Source: Eledone cirrhosa (taxonomy: Eukaryota). From it: a stretch of 64,000 nucleotides of DNA. The notes under the pieces were generated by a model. It was not told the DNA's origin and did no database searches. It was given only the letters and a program-made list of their open reading frames with translations. Within the stretch, counting starts at the first letter, position 1; each line of letters begins with the position of its first letter. The DNA lies in NCBI GenBank assembly GCA_964016885.1, contig OZ024761.1:24676001-24740000 (forward strand), read 5' to 3'. Both the position numbers and the translations under genes were made by a program. Shown in pieces: positions 39,146 to 61,613 of this stretch.

Positions 39146-39785
39146 AAGTTTATATATATATATACATACATACATATACGTGTTTTGCAACGGGTCACTT
39201 TGTGGCTCAATAAAAAGTTAATAAATTATATATATATATATGGCCCGAACGTGGAAGAGCCGAACTCCCACTGTCATCGCCTCCATCTCACTCGCCCTCC
39301 CCCATCTCTCCGTATGGTGAGCAAATGGGATCCCACGTGCGAACCTGTCGGAGAGTGACAAGTACTTGGAGAGTTTGGCCTCCTCAGCCCGACGTGCAGC
39401 AGTACCTGGGTTGGTCGCAGACTGCAGGACATTTTGGAATATCTGTTGATAGAAATGTTTGTTGTTGATATTAGTTTTGGAGGGGAGCTGGAGGGGGCTC
39501 ATACTAGCTCACATATTTACTTCCCTACATGTAAATATACATATAGCCCATATATATATATATAATCTAGTTCATACATACCGATATGCTTACACATGCA
39601 CTCACACACACACGCACGCACACACGCACGCACGCACGCACCCCCCACACACACAATAAGAAACAACACAATACAGTTGTTCCATTAGGTTTCACGAAGT
39701 TAGACGATTTTAACAGAAACGTCAGATTTCGTTTCCGCTACTTACCAATGAAGAGAAGGAAGAGAAACATCGCAGCTTTCATCAT
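30770..39785 (-). CDS. Gene C: paralog, 114 aa with one exon 5 ([95 protein letters not shown] and/or [28 protein letters not shown])
   Basis: Exons 39746-39785, 38411-38431, 36959-37067, 36089-36176, 32787-32813 (5a) and/or 31839-31865 (5b), 30770-30829. GT-AG ends, same phases as gene B, no stops. Confidence 0.87.
32590..32870. repeat. Local duplication of the intron5/exon5/intron4 junction in gene C (partner about 31645-31910)
   Basis: The block gggaag(g)ctaccgaaaggactatagtgcccaagacacg...ctgaaaacaaaagag occurs twice within 1 kb; both 27-nt exons are intact. Confidence 0.85.
33105..34920 (+). mobile_element. Degenerate CR1/L2-group LINE ORF2 (RT) fragment in gene C intron 4
   Basis: [60 protein letters not shown] motifs; multiple stops and frameshifts. 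Confidence 0.9.
34930..35170. repeat. ~45-bp minisatellite
   Basis: Unit catatgtattac(a)catatatatatataagtctacatatttata repeated about 5 times. Confidence 0.85.
39240..39435 (-). mobile_element. Non-LTR retrotransposon fragment, restriction-like endonuclease region (CRE-like)
   Basis: [31 protein letters not shown] matches the AA..AE..K..KY motif of RLE-bearing elements. Confidence 0.5.
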
Positions 39786-41264
39786 GGATGTCTACGTTAA
39801 ATTTAACGCCAGAATATGTAATAGTCACATTTGGAAGTTCATCTTAAATACTTTGTTCCAATGTGTCAGATGTTTGTCAACGTTAAAACAATATATTTAT
39901 TATACATATATTGTGATGTTTTAGTGACATATTTTGACGTTTTAACTGATTTACGTTGCGGTGCTTTCAGATATATTTTCATGAAATATAATTTATAGAT
40001 ACTTTATCGAATTTAAGTATGGAAATGTTTTCGTTAACTTGCCCCTACATATATATACATGGTGGACTCTCTCGTCAATTTGATTTAGGATGGGTGAACA
40101 GACTTTAGAGTTCATTGTTTTATGTTTATACCTTAATTTTCACTTCGAACCAGCTGCTGGTTTACACATCAATCTCTATTTCGTGCGAGTGACACGATTT
40201 CAAACTCAGCATGCGAGAAACCCTGACCGGTCTTTGGTGTTAGATCATATTCCATTATCTATTTATCAAATAAATAATATATATAAATTATTTATCTATT
40301 AAATAAATATTATATATATTCACCAAAAATGTTTATATATACAACTAACCCTCTTATACGGAAAACATGAAACGAAATTTCATTTCTCACTCTTCGTACG
40401 GCTGTTACTTAAATATAAGTATGTATACAGACGTACAGTAGTATGTATATATATATGCATACATGCACACTTATATAAATGTACGTATGGATTCACCGAA
40501 CATTTATTATAATGATCGGTGTGTTTGTAAATAAACATCCCGTATTAAGCCGTACAGTGTCCAGCAGCCATTGTTGCTTGTATTCAACACTGACAAAGGA
40601 ACGCTGTACTAGTTTCAAGCTTATTAGCTATCGTCAGCAACGTATACCTTCCTGCCAGATGATTGAACATCTGAAAGTATATACTTTCCTTATGCATATT
40701 AACCCTCTTATAATATAATAAAATATACTTATAACTGCAATCTTCATATTATAACACACCATTAGAATAGACCCAATCGTATAAATTCAAGATACCTTTC
40801 ACATTTTAAATTAATATTCTCTCACTTTAACACATTTATTTATAATTCACACATTAAATTATAAATACTTCCAAAATATATAATTAAATAATATATTAAA
40901 TAAACATAAATATAATTATTTCATTCTCTCTACACCCTTACAAATACGTACAGGACAATTATATACGTACATTCCTATAAATATTCTGTTAGTAGCTTTA
41001 ATATAATTTTTCTTACAATCTTTCCTTAAATTTTCAACCACCCTAATATAAAACCCTATTTCCTTTTCTTATAAAACAAAAAAAAAAATTGTAATACTTA
41101 TTTAAATTTACCTAGCGTCTAAACATAACGATCTTTTTCAGGTTTAATGTTATCCTTATTAGCATATTCATCTTGTAATAAGAAGTTTTTCTTAACTATT
41201 CAAATATAACTGACAACATTGAGTTGCTGAATATGTCATGTCACTATCTGGAAACCAACTTTTG

Positions 41265-41325
41265 TATTTTATCTGATGAGTGCGTACCAAAATGTTGGTA
41301 CCCTTGAAATATATATAATAAAATA
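41265..41325 (+). ncRNA. Minimal hammerhead motif
   Basis: tattttat-CUGAUGA-gtgc gtaccaa aatg ttggtac cctt-GAA-ATATATAT-A|ataaaata; perfect 8-bp helix I. Confidence 0.72.
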
Positions 41326-41368
41326 GATATGGTTTTATAAAGATAGCTTCCATTTATTAATATTCTTG

Positions 41369-41460
<92 letters not shown>

Positions 41461-42078
41461 GTTTTTTTTTTGTTTTTTTTTACCTGTTTCATCCATCCGG
41501 CTGAGGCCATGCTGGGGCACCGCCCTTATATATATAAACATATTATTTCACCGTTGAAAAACGTCTGTCATATTACACTTAAATATTTCAAATGTGGGCC
41601 ATTACATTATCTGGTGTTGATATGTCCATAATGAAAATTTCAAGATCTATGCAGACACACTTCTTTGGTAAACACCTCTGTGATATAGATACATACATAT
41701 ATACATACACACACACACATATATATTCAAAAATACACACATATACATTCAAAAATTCTAATTTAGTCCAGAAATAGCCGTCGAAAGTGCTTGAGCTCTG
41801 CCTGCGGGGTCATACTTTTTCCTATATATATATATATGTAATTATTGGAATTCTAGCTTCTATAATTCTCGGTATAAGTATTGGTGGGAGTAGTCTTGCG
41901 AGAAACAGGAATGTCGATTTCTCCATTTTGTTTTTGCCGAGAATAAGTAACTGACATTGTCATTACTTTAAAATTCAAAGCGAATGTGCTTCAAAACGTT
42001 TTAAATTAAACATTCAGTATATTATCAAATATATTATACATACATTTATATGTATATCGCTATTTCAGAGCAGCGATA

Positions 42079-42129
<51 letters not shown>

Positions 42130-42137
<8 letters not shown>

Positions 42138-42467
42138 ATACTTGGGGAGGGTCATATTTGTGTAATATTGCCAGAATTAATAACAGAACACACTCACCCT
42201 TTGGTTGGTTTTCGCTTCTCGCTTCTGTGTCTTTTATATCGGTAATCTAACTTACTCGGTCCTCAATGTTGCCACTGACTGACCGACGGTCAAAAATAAT
42301 AAAGATACAATATAGACACAAATGGCAACATTGAGGACCGAGTAAGTTAGATTACCTATATAAAAGACACAGAAGCGAGAAGCGAAAACCAACCAAACAG
42401 TGAGTGTGTTCTGTTATTAATTCTGGCAATATTACACAAATATGACCCTCCCCAAGTATAACAATAT
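42130..42467. repeat. ~145-bp inverted repeat
   Basis: 42130-42273 vs 42322-42467. Confidence 0.9.
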
Positions 42468-42621
42468 TTGTTTCGACACACGATTTCATATAAGAAACCT
42501 CGCAAAACTATATATATATATATATATTTATTAAAATAACAGATTAAAGTTTAAGGAAAGAATCGCTGCTTTCACCCTTATCGAGCCCTCTATGGACTTT
42601 AGTCTTCAATTTTATTATTAT

Positions 42622-42659
<38 letters not shown>

Positions 42660-43097
42660 GTATATATGTGGCTATGTGTGTATCTGTGCGTGTATGTGTG
42701 TGTGTGTGTGAAATAGTCGTGAAGAGAATGGCTTGGCTCTTCAACAGCAAAAGGCTGTTCCAGTACTAGTCTGGAACAGCAAAATTTAAGCCACAGCGAT
42801 CCCGACACATTATATATAAATCATACACAAAACGCCAGCATCAACAGTTTTCCAAGAGATGTCGACATGAATAGACCTGTTATTCATATCTAAAGCCATT
42901 TTTTCCAATTCTAACAGGACCGTCTCTTCTATCTATCTTATTTCTCGTTCTTTCTTCTGAAGAAGGACTAGCGTCCGAAACGTTATGACCCTGTTCCTGC
43001 TATTTCAAGCGTTAACCCAATATATTCCTTCCATACACTGTACTGATTGTGTTGTTATTTCTGTTTCCCTTTTGATACACACACACACACACACACG

Positions 43098-43198
<101 letters not shown>

Positions 43199-43309
43199 TT
43201 ATTAAAATAACAGATTAAAGTTTAAGCAAAGAATCGCTGCTTTCACCCTTATCGAGCCCTCTTTGGATTTTAGTCTTCAATTTTATTATTATTACTATAT
43301 ATATATATA

Positions 43310-43353
43310 TACATGAATGTGTATATATGTGTATATATATACATGAATATGTT

Positions 43354-43389
<36 letters not shown>

Positions 43390-43511
43390 GATACATGAAT
43401 GTGTATATATGTGTATATATATACATGAATATGTTCACACACACACACACATATATATATTTATATATACATGAATGTGTATATATGTGTATATATATAC
43501 ATGAATATGTT

Positions 43512-43549
<38 letters not shown>

Positions 43550-43655
43550 CATGAATGTGTATATATGTATATATATATATACATGAATATGTTCACACAC
43601 ACACATATATATATTTATATATACATGAATGTGTATATATATACATGAATATGTT

Positions 43656-43687
<32 letters not shown>

Positions 43688-43740
43688 CATGAATGTGTAC
43701 ATATGTGTATATATATACATGAATATGTTCACACACACAC
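43310..43740. repeat. ~75-bp minisatellite
   Basis: Unit tacatgaatgtgtatatatgtgtatatatatacatgaatatgttcacacacac repeated about 6 times. Confidence 0.85.
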
Positions 43741-43742
43741 AT

Positions 43743-43788
<46 letters not shown>

Positions 43789-44197
43789 TTTAATTTCTGG
43801 GTGCCTACCGTAGATCACAGAAAATTGATTACTCTAATAATAATTATTTTATAAATAGTTGTTCCGTAATTAATTAATTATTTCATTAGTATAACATCCC
43901 TTGTGAAACAGGTTTATGTTTTGAAGTTCTGTCCGATCTGCTGAAAAGGTTTGAATTTTGAAATTTAAACTTGTCTAGGCACCAGGCAGTTTCCATTTTA
44001 CGTCTGTAAGTATAGATTTAATATTTAAAATTCTCTAGATCGATACAGACGGACTATATGTACTTGAATTAAGGTATTTCTATCTGGCTAAAAAATTATT
44101 GTAAGTTTGCAAAAAAAAAAAAACACAGTAGTGTTGATCATATATTTTTTAATTTTTAATTTCTAAATTGTAATATATATATATATATATATATATA

Positions 44198-44430
44198 TGG
44201 TGCGAAAACTGAGATACTCCTCCTCTCACGGAAGTCTCTGCAGTTCACGTTACATGTGACTGGAGTTCCACTGAAGCAGGTAGAGGAGTTTAAGTACCTC
44301 CGTGCCGTGTACAAGAGTGGTAGAAGGCTGGGGCTGAATTAAGTGCAAACATTGCAAAAGCGGGTGAAATAATGCGCCAGCTTCAATATTCATTAATCAG
44401 AAATGAGATAGGCGTAAAGCCAGGATGAAT
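44198..44430 (+). mobile_element. RTE-type RT fragment
   Basis: KTEILL...VPLKQVEEFKYL...IAKAGEIMRQL (post-YADD RT region). Confidence 0.65.
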
Positions 44431-44543
44431 AAACATTAATATCTGCAGAGGTGTGACAAACCTTTCAGCAGAACAAGTATTTCGGTTTCTGACAAAAGTT
44501 ACAACATAAGACTGATTACAGTTAGACGAACAAATATCTTTAT

Positions 44544-52772
<8,229 letters not shown>

Positions 52773-54028
52773 GGATGTCTACACTAATTTCAAAACCGAA
52801 GAATGTAATAGTCACCTTTGGAAGCTCATCTTAAATACTTTACTCCAATGTGCCAGATGTTTGTCCACGTTAAAACAATATATTTATTTCATATATATAT
52901 ATTGTGATGTTTTATTGATACATTTTGACGTTTTAACTGATTTACGTTGCTGTCTTCGGATATATTTTCATGAAATATAATTTATAGATACTTTATCGAA
53001 TTTAAGTATTTACATGTTTTCGTAAACATGCTCCTACATATATAGGCATGATGGACTCTCGTGTCGATTGGACCTATGAGAGTTCATTGTTCTATGTTTA
53101 TACCTCAATTTTAACTTCCGTCTATATTTGGTGCAAGTGACAGGATTTCGAACAGAGCAGGCTGGAATACCTAACCAGTCTTTGGTTTTAGATCTTATCC
53201 CACAGAGGTGGGCTGAATGATATTTTTCAAAGTTCATTACACATTCGTTGGCAGCCATGGCCTCAAACGAAGAAAGAATTACTGGTATGACCACACTATG
53301 CGCAACATCGTGGAACTGACTATACAACAGTATCTTAGGTGTGAAACAAATGCAGCATCATCAGTAAACAGTAAATCGCGAATGATACTTGTTCGTGTGA
53401 GTGTTTTACCCTTAAAGCGCTGACGGTTGAATAGCCCACACGATGTACGAGACTAAAATCTGACACCAGTGTCTAAATTGCAAAATGCATGTTGGAGCAT
53501 TACAGAAAAGAACAAAGCAAAGAGAACAGGAGCCATGACACAACCCTACTTTGCAACATTTGTTATAGCAAAGGGTTCAGAGTATTCAGCATGTGACATG
53601 ACTGGTACTTCGAAGCCCTCATGGAAAGACATCATGATATTTAACATATTAGGTATGCCAAGGTTTCTCAGGATTTTCCAAAAAGCTTTGTGATTGACAG
53701 TGTCAATATATGATATATATAATATATACAATATATATTATATAATATATATGCAAATCCATTAGAAGAGAGGGCCTCAATATGAAACTAGCTCACTCTG
53801 GGCCTTGCCTGCGAAGATACCTCTTCATAAGACGAGGATAACGGATGTAGCCTAGCCAATTGCCCAATCCACAACACATATTGTTCTCTCTACAATCTGG
53901 AGAGGACCTGAAATGTCTTTAGAACTTTTTACATTAGTTGTGACTAACTTTAGCAAAACATGAATTTCGGTTACTGACAAAAGTTACAACATAAGACTGA
54001 TTTCAGTTAGAGGAACAAATATCTTTAT

Positions 54029-56376
54029 TTACATAAGCGTAAATGTTACAACAGCAGCTGCTGTGAGAAATATTGACGAAATCTTGATCTGTATGGGATA
54101 TATATATATTTTTTTATTTAAATATACATTGTGTTATAGATTCATGTAACTTATACGGATAATTTTACTCTATATGTATGCCCAATATGGGAGCCTGCTG
54201 TCCATGTCCAAAAGCTAGATCCCGACCTCAATGCTACATGCCGCCTCATCACAGCCTGCCTGAAATCTACAGCTAAGGAACGTCTACATATCCTGGCAGG
54301 TATAGCTCCACCAGAGATACGACGAAGTGAATCAAGCAAGAAAGACCGTCAACAATTGACTACAGATAAAAAAATATCCTCTCTTTAGCCGAGTGCCAGC
54401 AAAAGGCCGCCTTAAATCCAGTAAAAGTCTCCAAAAGGAGCACCATGTCACATCTAGCACAGCTCTGTAAATGACACTTATGTAGACACGATAAGAAGAA
54501 GAAGAGTCTATATGATTGTAGCAATGTTCATTAGTGTGACTATTAACAAAAGTAGTAAAAGAAAGGGTATCATATTGATATCATAATAGTTATTGCAATG
54601 CTATCATAGTATAACTAAAACATTTAATCAATGATTAAATGTTTTGATGGGTTTTAATAATTTAATAATATTCAATGTTGATATATTGATATACTGGAAA
54701 TATATTCCATGTAAAATATATTTGGTTACTGCATTAACGAGACAATAAAAACATCAATGTGATAAAGTAGCGTTATGGATATTTATATTAAGTTTAGAAT
54801 AGGTTAAAAGAAAGAGTTTTTGACGGTATATTGACAGAATCTTTAGACCGTCTGATAGAATACTTGAGGTATTAATTTCGAGCCTCACCGTTTCGTGACT
54901 TCAAATATAGAGGCGGTCCCCTTTAGCTGTAAGGAAGTCGATAACATGTATCAGTCCGATACTTGGGTCGATATTTCGTTTATATCTCTTTTTCACTTCC
55001 TCTCTTTCATTGTCATAATCGTTTCACTTATTATTTGGCAGACATCACCCGTGATCAGACGCGGTATAGGGAAGGGCTACCGAAAGGACTATAGTGCCCA
55101 AAACACGCCGTATATAACAACGATGCCATAACAACTCCATTCTAACTGAAGTTCTAACAATGCTAATAATTCTACGCCCCTAATAGTGAAACATGTGATA
55201 TAATACATGCATCAATATTGAAATACCTTTGATTGATTAGTGATATAATTATGTTACTTACCCTGTCTCTGCTACTTCCATTTTTCCTCTGAAAACAAAA
55301 GAGTTGAGAAAATAGAAATGTCAATTGATAAAGCCTTATGTATATATATATATATATATAATGAAATTATTGTGTACAGTGCTCAGGTGCACTACAACTC
55401 ATCAAAGGTGCATGTATATTACATAGAATAATGTACAAATGTCAGGAAAATGAACAGTGTATGAGTCATGATATAATAATAATAATAATAATAATAATGA
55501 AATATTGTGTACACTGCCCAGGTGCACCACAACTCATCAAAAATTGCATGTACAGTACATAGGGCAATGCACAAACATCAGTAAAATGAACAGTGCACGA
55601 GTGATGATACACACATGTGTGCATGTGTGTGGAAGGGGTACATCAGGTGTAGTTTTGGCGTATTTCGGGAAGCATGAGTGTCTTAAAGGATGCAGTGTCT
55701 CGGCAGCTAACAACTGACGCAGGCTGTTTGTTCCATGCTTCAGCAACTCTGCGCGTGAAAAAATGTCTACGAAAGTCATGGGAGCTGTGTTGTTTTCTGA
55801 TTGTGTAGGCATGTCCACGTGTGTTAGACACATGGAGATCAAAAAGAGGCTCAGGGTTACAATTGGCGAGATGGGTAATAACTTTGTGGGTATTCACCAA
55901 GTCCATTGCCAGACGTCTCAGCTTCAATGAATCCATGCCCAGGGAAGCAAGCCGTTCAGAGTATGGTAGGTGTCTGATGGAGGGTATGCGCTTGGTTGCA
56001 CGTCTCTGAACAGTTTCCAGGATGTCAATGTTCTGAGAAAGATAGGGGTCCCAGACTAATGATGCGAATTATATATATACAATATATTAACAAATGGAAA
56101 CTATATTTATAAAACCATATTTATTTCATTATACATATTTCAAGGGCCACCAAGGAAAATTATGGTGCGCTTTCATCAGATAAAATATGTGAAAGCGCAC
56201 CATAATTTGCCTTGGTGGTCCTTGAAATATGTATAATGAAATAAATATTGGTTTATAAATACAGTTGCCATTTGTTAATATATTGTTAATAATTTATTGA
56301 GTGGTTCATATCAGTTATAAAAATATTTTGCTTGTTGTATCCCAACAAATTAAATATAACCTCTACAAACACACAA

Positions 56377-56448
<72 letters not shown>

Positions 56449-56549
56449 GTAGTATACCGTTCTGCTCCAGTTCTAAAGTTATTTAGTAGCAATAACAATT
56501 CAAATGCGCAAGTATGTATACTCATACAATAGATATATACAGATACACC

Positions 56550-56613
<64 letters not shown>

Positions 56614-56664
56614 TATATGTTTATATATACTTACATATGTATTACATATATAAGTCTATATATT

Positions 56665-56696
<32 letters not shown>

Positions 56697-57836
56697 GACA
56701 TGTGTATATATACATATGTATTACATATGTATAACATATATAAGTCTATATATTTATATAGATACATACACATAAAGAAATCATATACTTATATACATAC
56801 ATATATCTTTACATATATATATGCATATATTCTTATACTTGGTAAGGCTCATATTGTCATAATAGTGTCCTCTGTGCTGTCAAATATATCTGGGAACATC
56901 TCAATTATGGGGCGTATAATCATCGATAGAAAGTAGATCCTGTAGTTGCCAGCAGTATTAGCTCCGCATACAGGTCTTGTTGGTGGTTCTGTCGTCGGTT
57001 TGTTGTTTGACTTATGGTCTTTGCGGAGGCCACATAAGTGTGGTATGTTGTTTTTAGACGCATGGAAGTTGTTGGTCGAGCGTCTACTTGGCTTTAGGAT
57101 GTTGGTCCACATCATCATGTCAGCGTTGATGGTCTTTTCTCTCTCCTCATATGTTTGTTGTATTGTGTCGCTCGGGTTGATGATGTGGGCTTACATAGCC
57201 TCGATATAGGTCGGAATGCTAGCTATTGACATCCTACTAGACATCTGCGCTGCTTGAGGCTAGGTAGGCTTCTACAGGTTTTCCTCCATGTATATATACA
57301 TATACATTACTGAAAATAAAAATAAACCTAACAGTAACTTACCGCACATTCGAGTTTCTTTCTGTTTATGTACCAATCTTCACAAACCCGATAAGCTCCG
57401 ATGACGCACCACATAAATTGTTTGGCGTTACTGTAATACGATTGAAATGACAATCTCCTTCAAAAAATAGCATATAGGCGCGTGTGTGGGTCTATGAAGG
57501 AGTGATGCTAGGGCTATGAAATCTTGTGTGCGTTAGTTGCAACTCTTATTAATAACGACATTGTTCCTTACCAGATAAACCTCATTTGATCATTGTGTAA
57601 GAGTATCGTGCTCAGCCTATAAAACATTCAGTCTACACAAGTATATATTTTTATCTAAAGAAATATTTCCCAAATCCACTCCGCCCGGGCCTTCAATCTA
57701 TCTAATTTCAGATTCTTTCTTCCGATGAAGAAACGTTAAGGCTCTCTTCCTGTTATTTACAGTGCTAAACTAATATATTGCTTCCTTATACTGTACCGAT
57801 TGTGTTGTTATTTCTGTTAACCCTTTGAATATATAT

Positions 57837-57869
<33 letters not shown>

Positions 57870-58601
57870 CTATCAGAACTATACATTTCAATATAGGTGC
57901 ATATACGACGATATAATTTTACGTTAACAAGTTTAATTATTCCAAATATTTTCGGGCTTAAAAGAGTATCCCTGTGAAGTTCTTAAAGGACCATTATGAG
58001 GTGAGTTGTGTATTAGAATGGCAGATGTTTTGATATTGGGTCTTTAAACCTGATAATATCTTCGATAATTAAATTTGCTACGGTAAAATACTATCGTTAT
58101 CTTGACACATTTAGTTTTCTAATGCATTTTAGGGTTTTAAAATTATTAAATTTCATCGAAAGGATGGAGGGCAAAGTTGATCTCAGCGGGATTTAATCTA
58201 AGAGGGCAAAATGCCGAAACTAATATTGCAGAGCATTCTATCCAAAGGTCGAAAAAACTGCCAATGCGTCGCCTTACATCATAAAAAATAAAGTGGTATA
58301 TACCTGCAGAAATCTTGAGTTAATGGCATCACCGATTGAGGGCAGCGAGCAGTCATCATTTGCGGACATATTGAATCAACATCACCTTTAAGACGAAAGA
58401 AAATATAATATTTGTTTAGATTTCAAAGTTTTCAAATAATCGTATTACTCACACATTCATACGCACACACACACACACTCGCGCGCGTGCGCGCACAAAC
58501 ACTCATGTGTAAATGCATATGAGTATATATGCATTTATTTAAATATTCATATATTCATATATATATATATATACATATGTATATATATACAAGTATAACA
58601 A

Positions 58602-58632
<31 letters not shown>

Positions 58633-58679
58633 ATATGTATATATGTATATATATATGTGTATATGTATATATATATGTA

Positions 58680-58732
<53 letters not shown>

Positions 58733-58815
58733 ATATATATATACATATAGATACATATATACTGTATGTATACACACACACACAAATACACACACTCACA
58801 CACACACACTCACAT

Positions 58816-58866
<51 letters not shown>

Positions 58867-58988
58867 AGAATTGAAATACTAGAGTGTGTTGGAGTTAAAC
58901 ACCCTCTTCGTATTATAGAAATGACAGTAAAGGTATAGCTCAATGTAATTAAACAGAGCCGAAGAATTATGAAAATAAACCAAAGAAC

Positions 58989-59029
<41 letters not shown>

Positions 59030-60010
59030 GAATTATACATATATAAAGATAATTGTAGCTATATATAAATATATATATATAGAGATAAATCTACCAAAAT
59101 ATACGGTATTGTCCAATCCGTATGAAGAACTCAATGTACTCCAAATATCACGAACAGAGAAGATGCATTCAAACATTTTCGATGAAAATCATAGGAAAAC
59201 AGATTCAAGATAAATTAATAAGTATAATGAATAAAAACAAAGAACAATATTTTTATATGAAAAAATTCATCATTTTACGATCGTTTCTAGGATATATATG
59301 TGTGTTGGTGTGTATATCATATAGATCAATGTAAAAATATTACAAACTATCAGACGAAATATACATACCTTCACATATATATGCTGTCTTCAGAAATGAT
59401 GAGATTTGTTAATTCCATATGAATGAATATAAATTTATCCCTATAAGTATACCTATCAATTAATTTAATTTCTTGGTATAGATCTAGATTCCTTGTGGTT
59501 TAAATAAGATTGATATTTCTCACTAATACCCTTACCCTAAAATTTTACTTTCCTTCGTTTTTAACATTATTCTTTAATAACATCACATTTTCGTGTACCC
59601 TTCACCGTCTTGACCTCTTTTCATCCCCCAAATATTCATTTAATTCAAAGTATTCTTTCCATTCAAAAGATAAGTCTGCACTCCTCTACCCCTAAATTAA
59701 ATTTCTACTATTACTATTCTATCAACTTGGCCTCTTACTACTTTTCTATTGGTCAATTCAAAACCTGTTCCCAAACAGACCTATTAAATTAAATCTTTGT
59801 TGGTTTTTTTCAATAAACAAATCTCATCACTCTGAAGACAGCATATATATGTGAAGGTATGTATATTTCCTATGATAGTTTGTAATATTTTTACATTGAT
59901 CTATATGATATACATACCAACACAAATATATCCTAGAAACGATCGTAAAATTATGGATGTTTTAATATAAGGAAGTTGTTCTTTGTTTTTATTCATTGTT
60001 TTTATTAACT

Positions 60011-60045
<35 letters not shown>

Positions 60046-60326
60046 GTAATAGCAAATATTACTTAATTACTATTATAAAAATAGCTCAATGTAAAGTAAT
60101 AAGTATACTACAGAGCCGGAATCCGGGGTAGTGCACTGTATATATTTATATTTTATTAAAGGATACAGTCATATTGCAGATATTTTTTATTACATCAATT
60201 GTTTAATTCTTTAATACGAGGTAATAACAAACACTTGATTTGATTCGGTTGACTTCGGTTAAACGAATTTTATCGTTACAACGAATTTCTCTAAAACCCT
60301 GCGAATTTCGTCATAACTGAATTTCA

Positions 60327-60374
<48 letters not shown>

Positions 60375-60494
60375 ATAAATGGGAAGACTAAAATCCAAAG
60401 AGGGCCCGATAAAGATAAATATATATCAAATATATAAGAACCATAGAGCAAATATTTATTAATCTGTTATTTATATATATAAAAGCCTCAAGTA

Positions 60495-60561
<67 letters not shown>

Positions 60562-61063
60562 TACAACTACTTAAGGCTTTTTATGCTCAGGTTGACAAAG
60601 GTACGAGGGTCTGCTGAAATCTTCATGGACTATCTATACATGATTGGTGCTACGGCTGTGAAATCTTACATGCATTAAGAGTATCTTGGTCAGTCTATGA
60701 ACTTCTCAGGCTAAGAAAGATTAAGCTGTCCCTCGTGCTACTCGCCCAGTGTAACAATATCTCCTGAATGAAATAAAAAGAGTTGTTCGGTATAAAAACA
60801 GAGAATATAAGAGAACAGGTAATTTAGTGACGTTGATTAGATAGAAAACATGGAAAATATACTTACGGTTAAAGCAGAGAGAAGATCCTGAAATAAAACA
60901 GAGGGCCGATGTGTGAGTTGTGGTTAATCAATGAGGTATTGTGTATGTGTATATTAGAGTATGGGTGTAAGGGTGAGCATTTATCAAACAATAGATTCAT
61001 GGATGGATAGACGCGCGCGAACGCACACACGCACACATACACGCACACACACACACATACACG

Positions 61064-61100
<37 letters not shown>

Positions 61101-61383
61101 CCACTAACATACATACACACACATACATACATACACACAGAGCTCAAGCCCTTTCGACGGCTATTTCCAGAAATAGCCGTCGAAACGGCTTGAGCTCTGC
61201 CGTCGGGATTAAGCATTTTCCTATACACGCACACACACACATACATATACTTACAGATACACACGAGCTACTGGCCAAATATATTGAGTCGCCAAATATT
61301 CTTTATACAAGTTGAAAGTATGTATGTATACATATATATAAATATATACATACACATGTACATGTACACACATACACACACTC

Positions 61384-61432
<49 letters not shown>

Positions 61433-61575
61433 TATATTTACACATACACACGAGCTACTGGACAAATATATTGAGTCGACAAATATTGTTTATATAAGTT
61501 GTATATATTTATATATATGTATACATATATATAAATATAAACATACGCATGTACATGTACACACACATACACACA

Positions 61576-61613
<38 letters not shown>

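Noticed and set aside
43310-43740. CRISPR-like regular repeats
   Set aside because: Low-complexity minisatellite without unique spacers, in a eukaryotic context with no cas genes.
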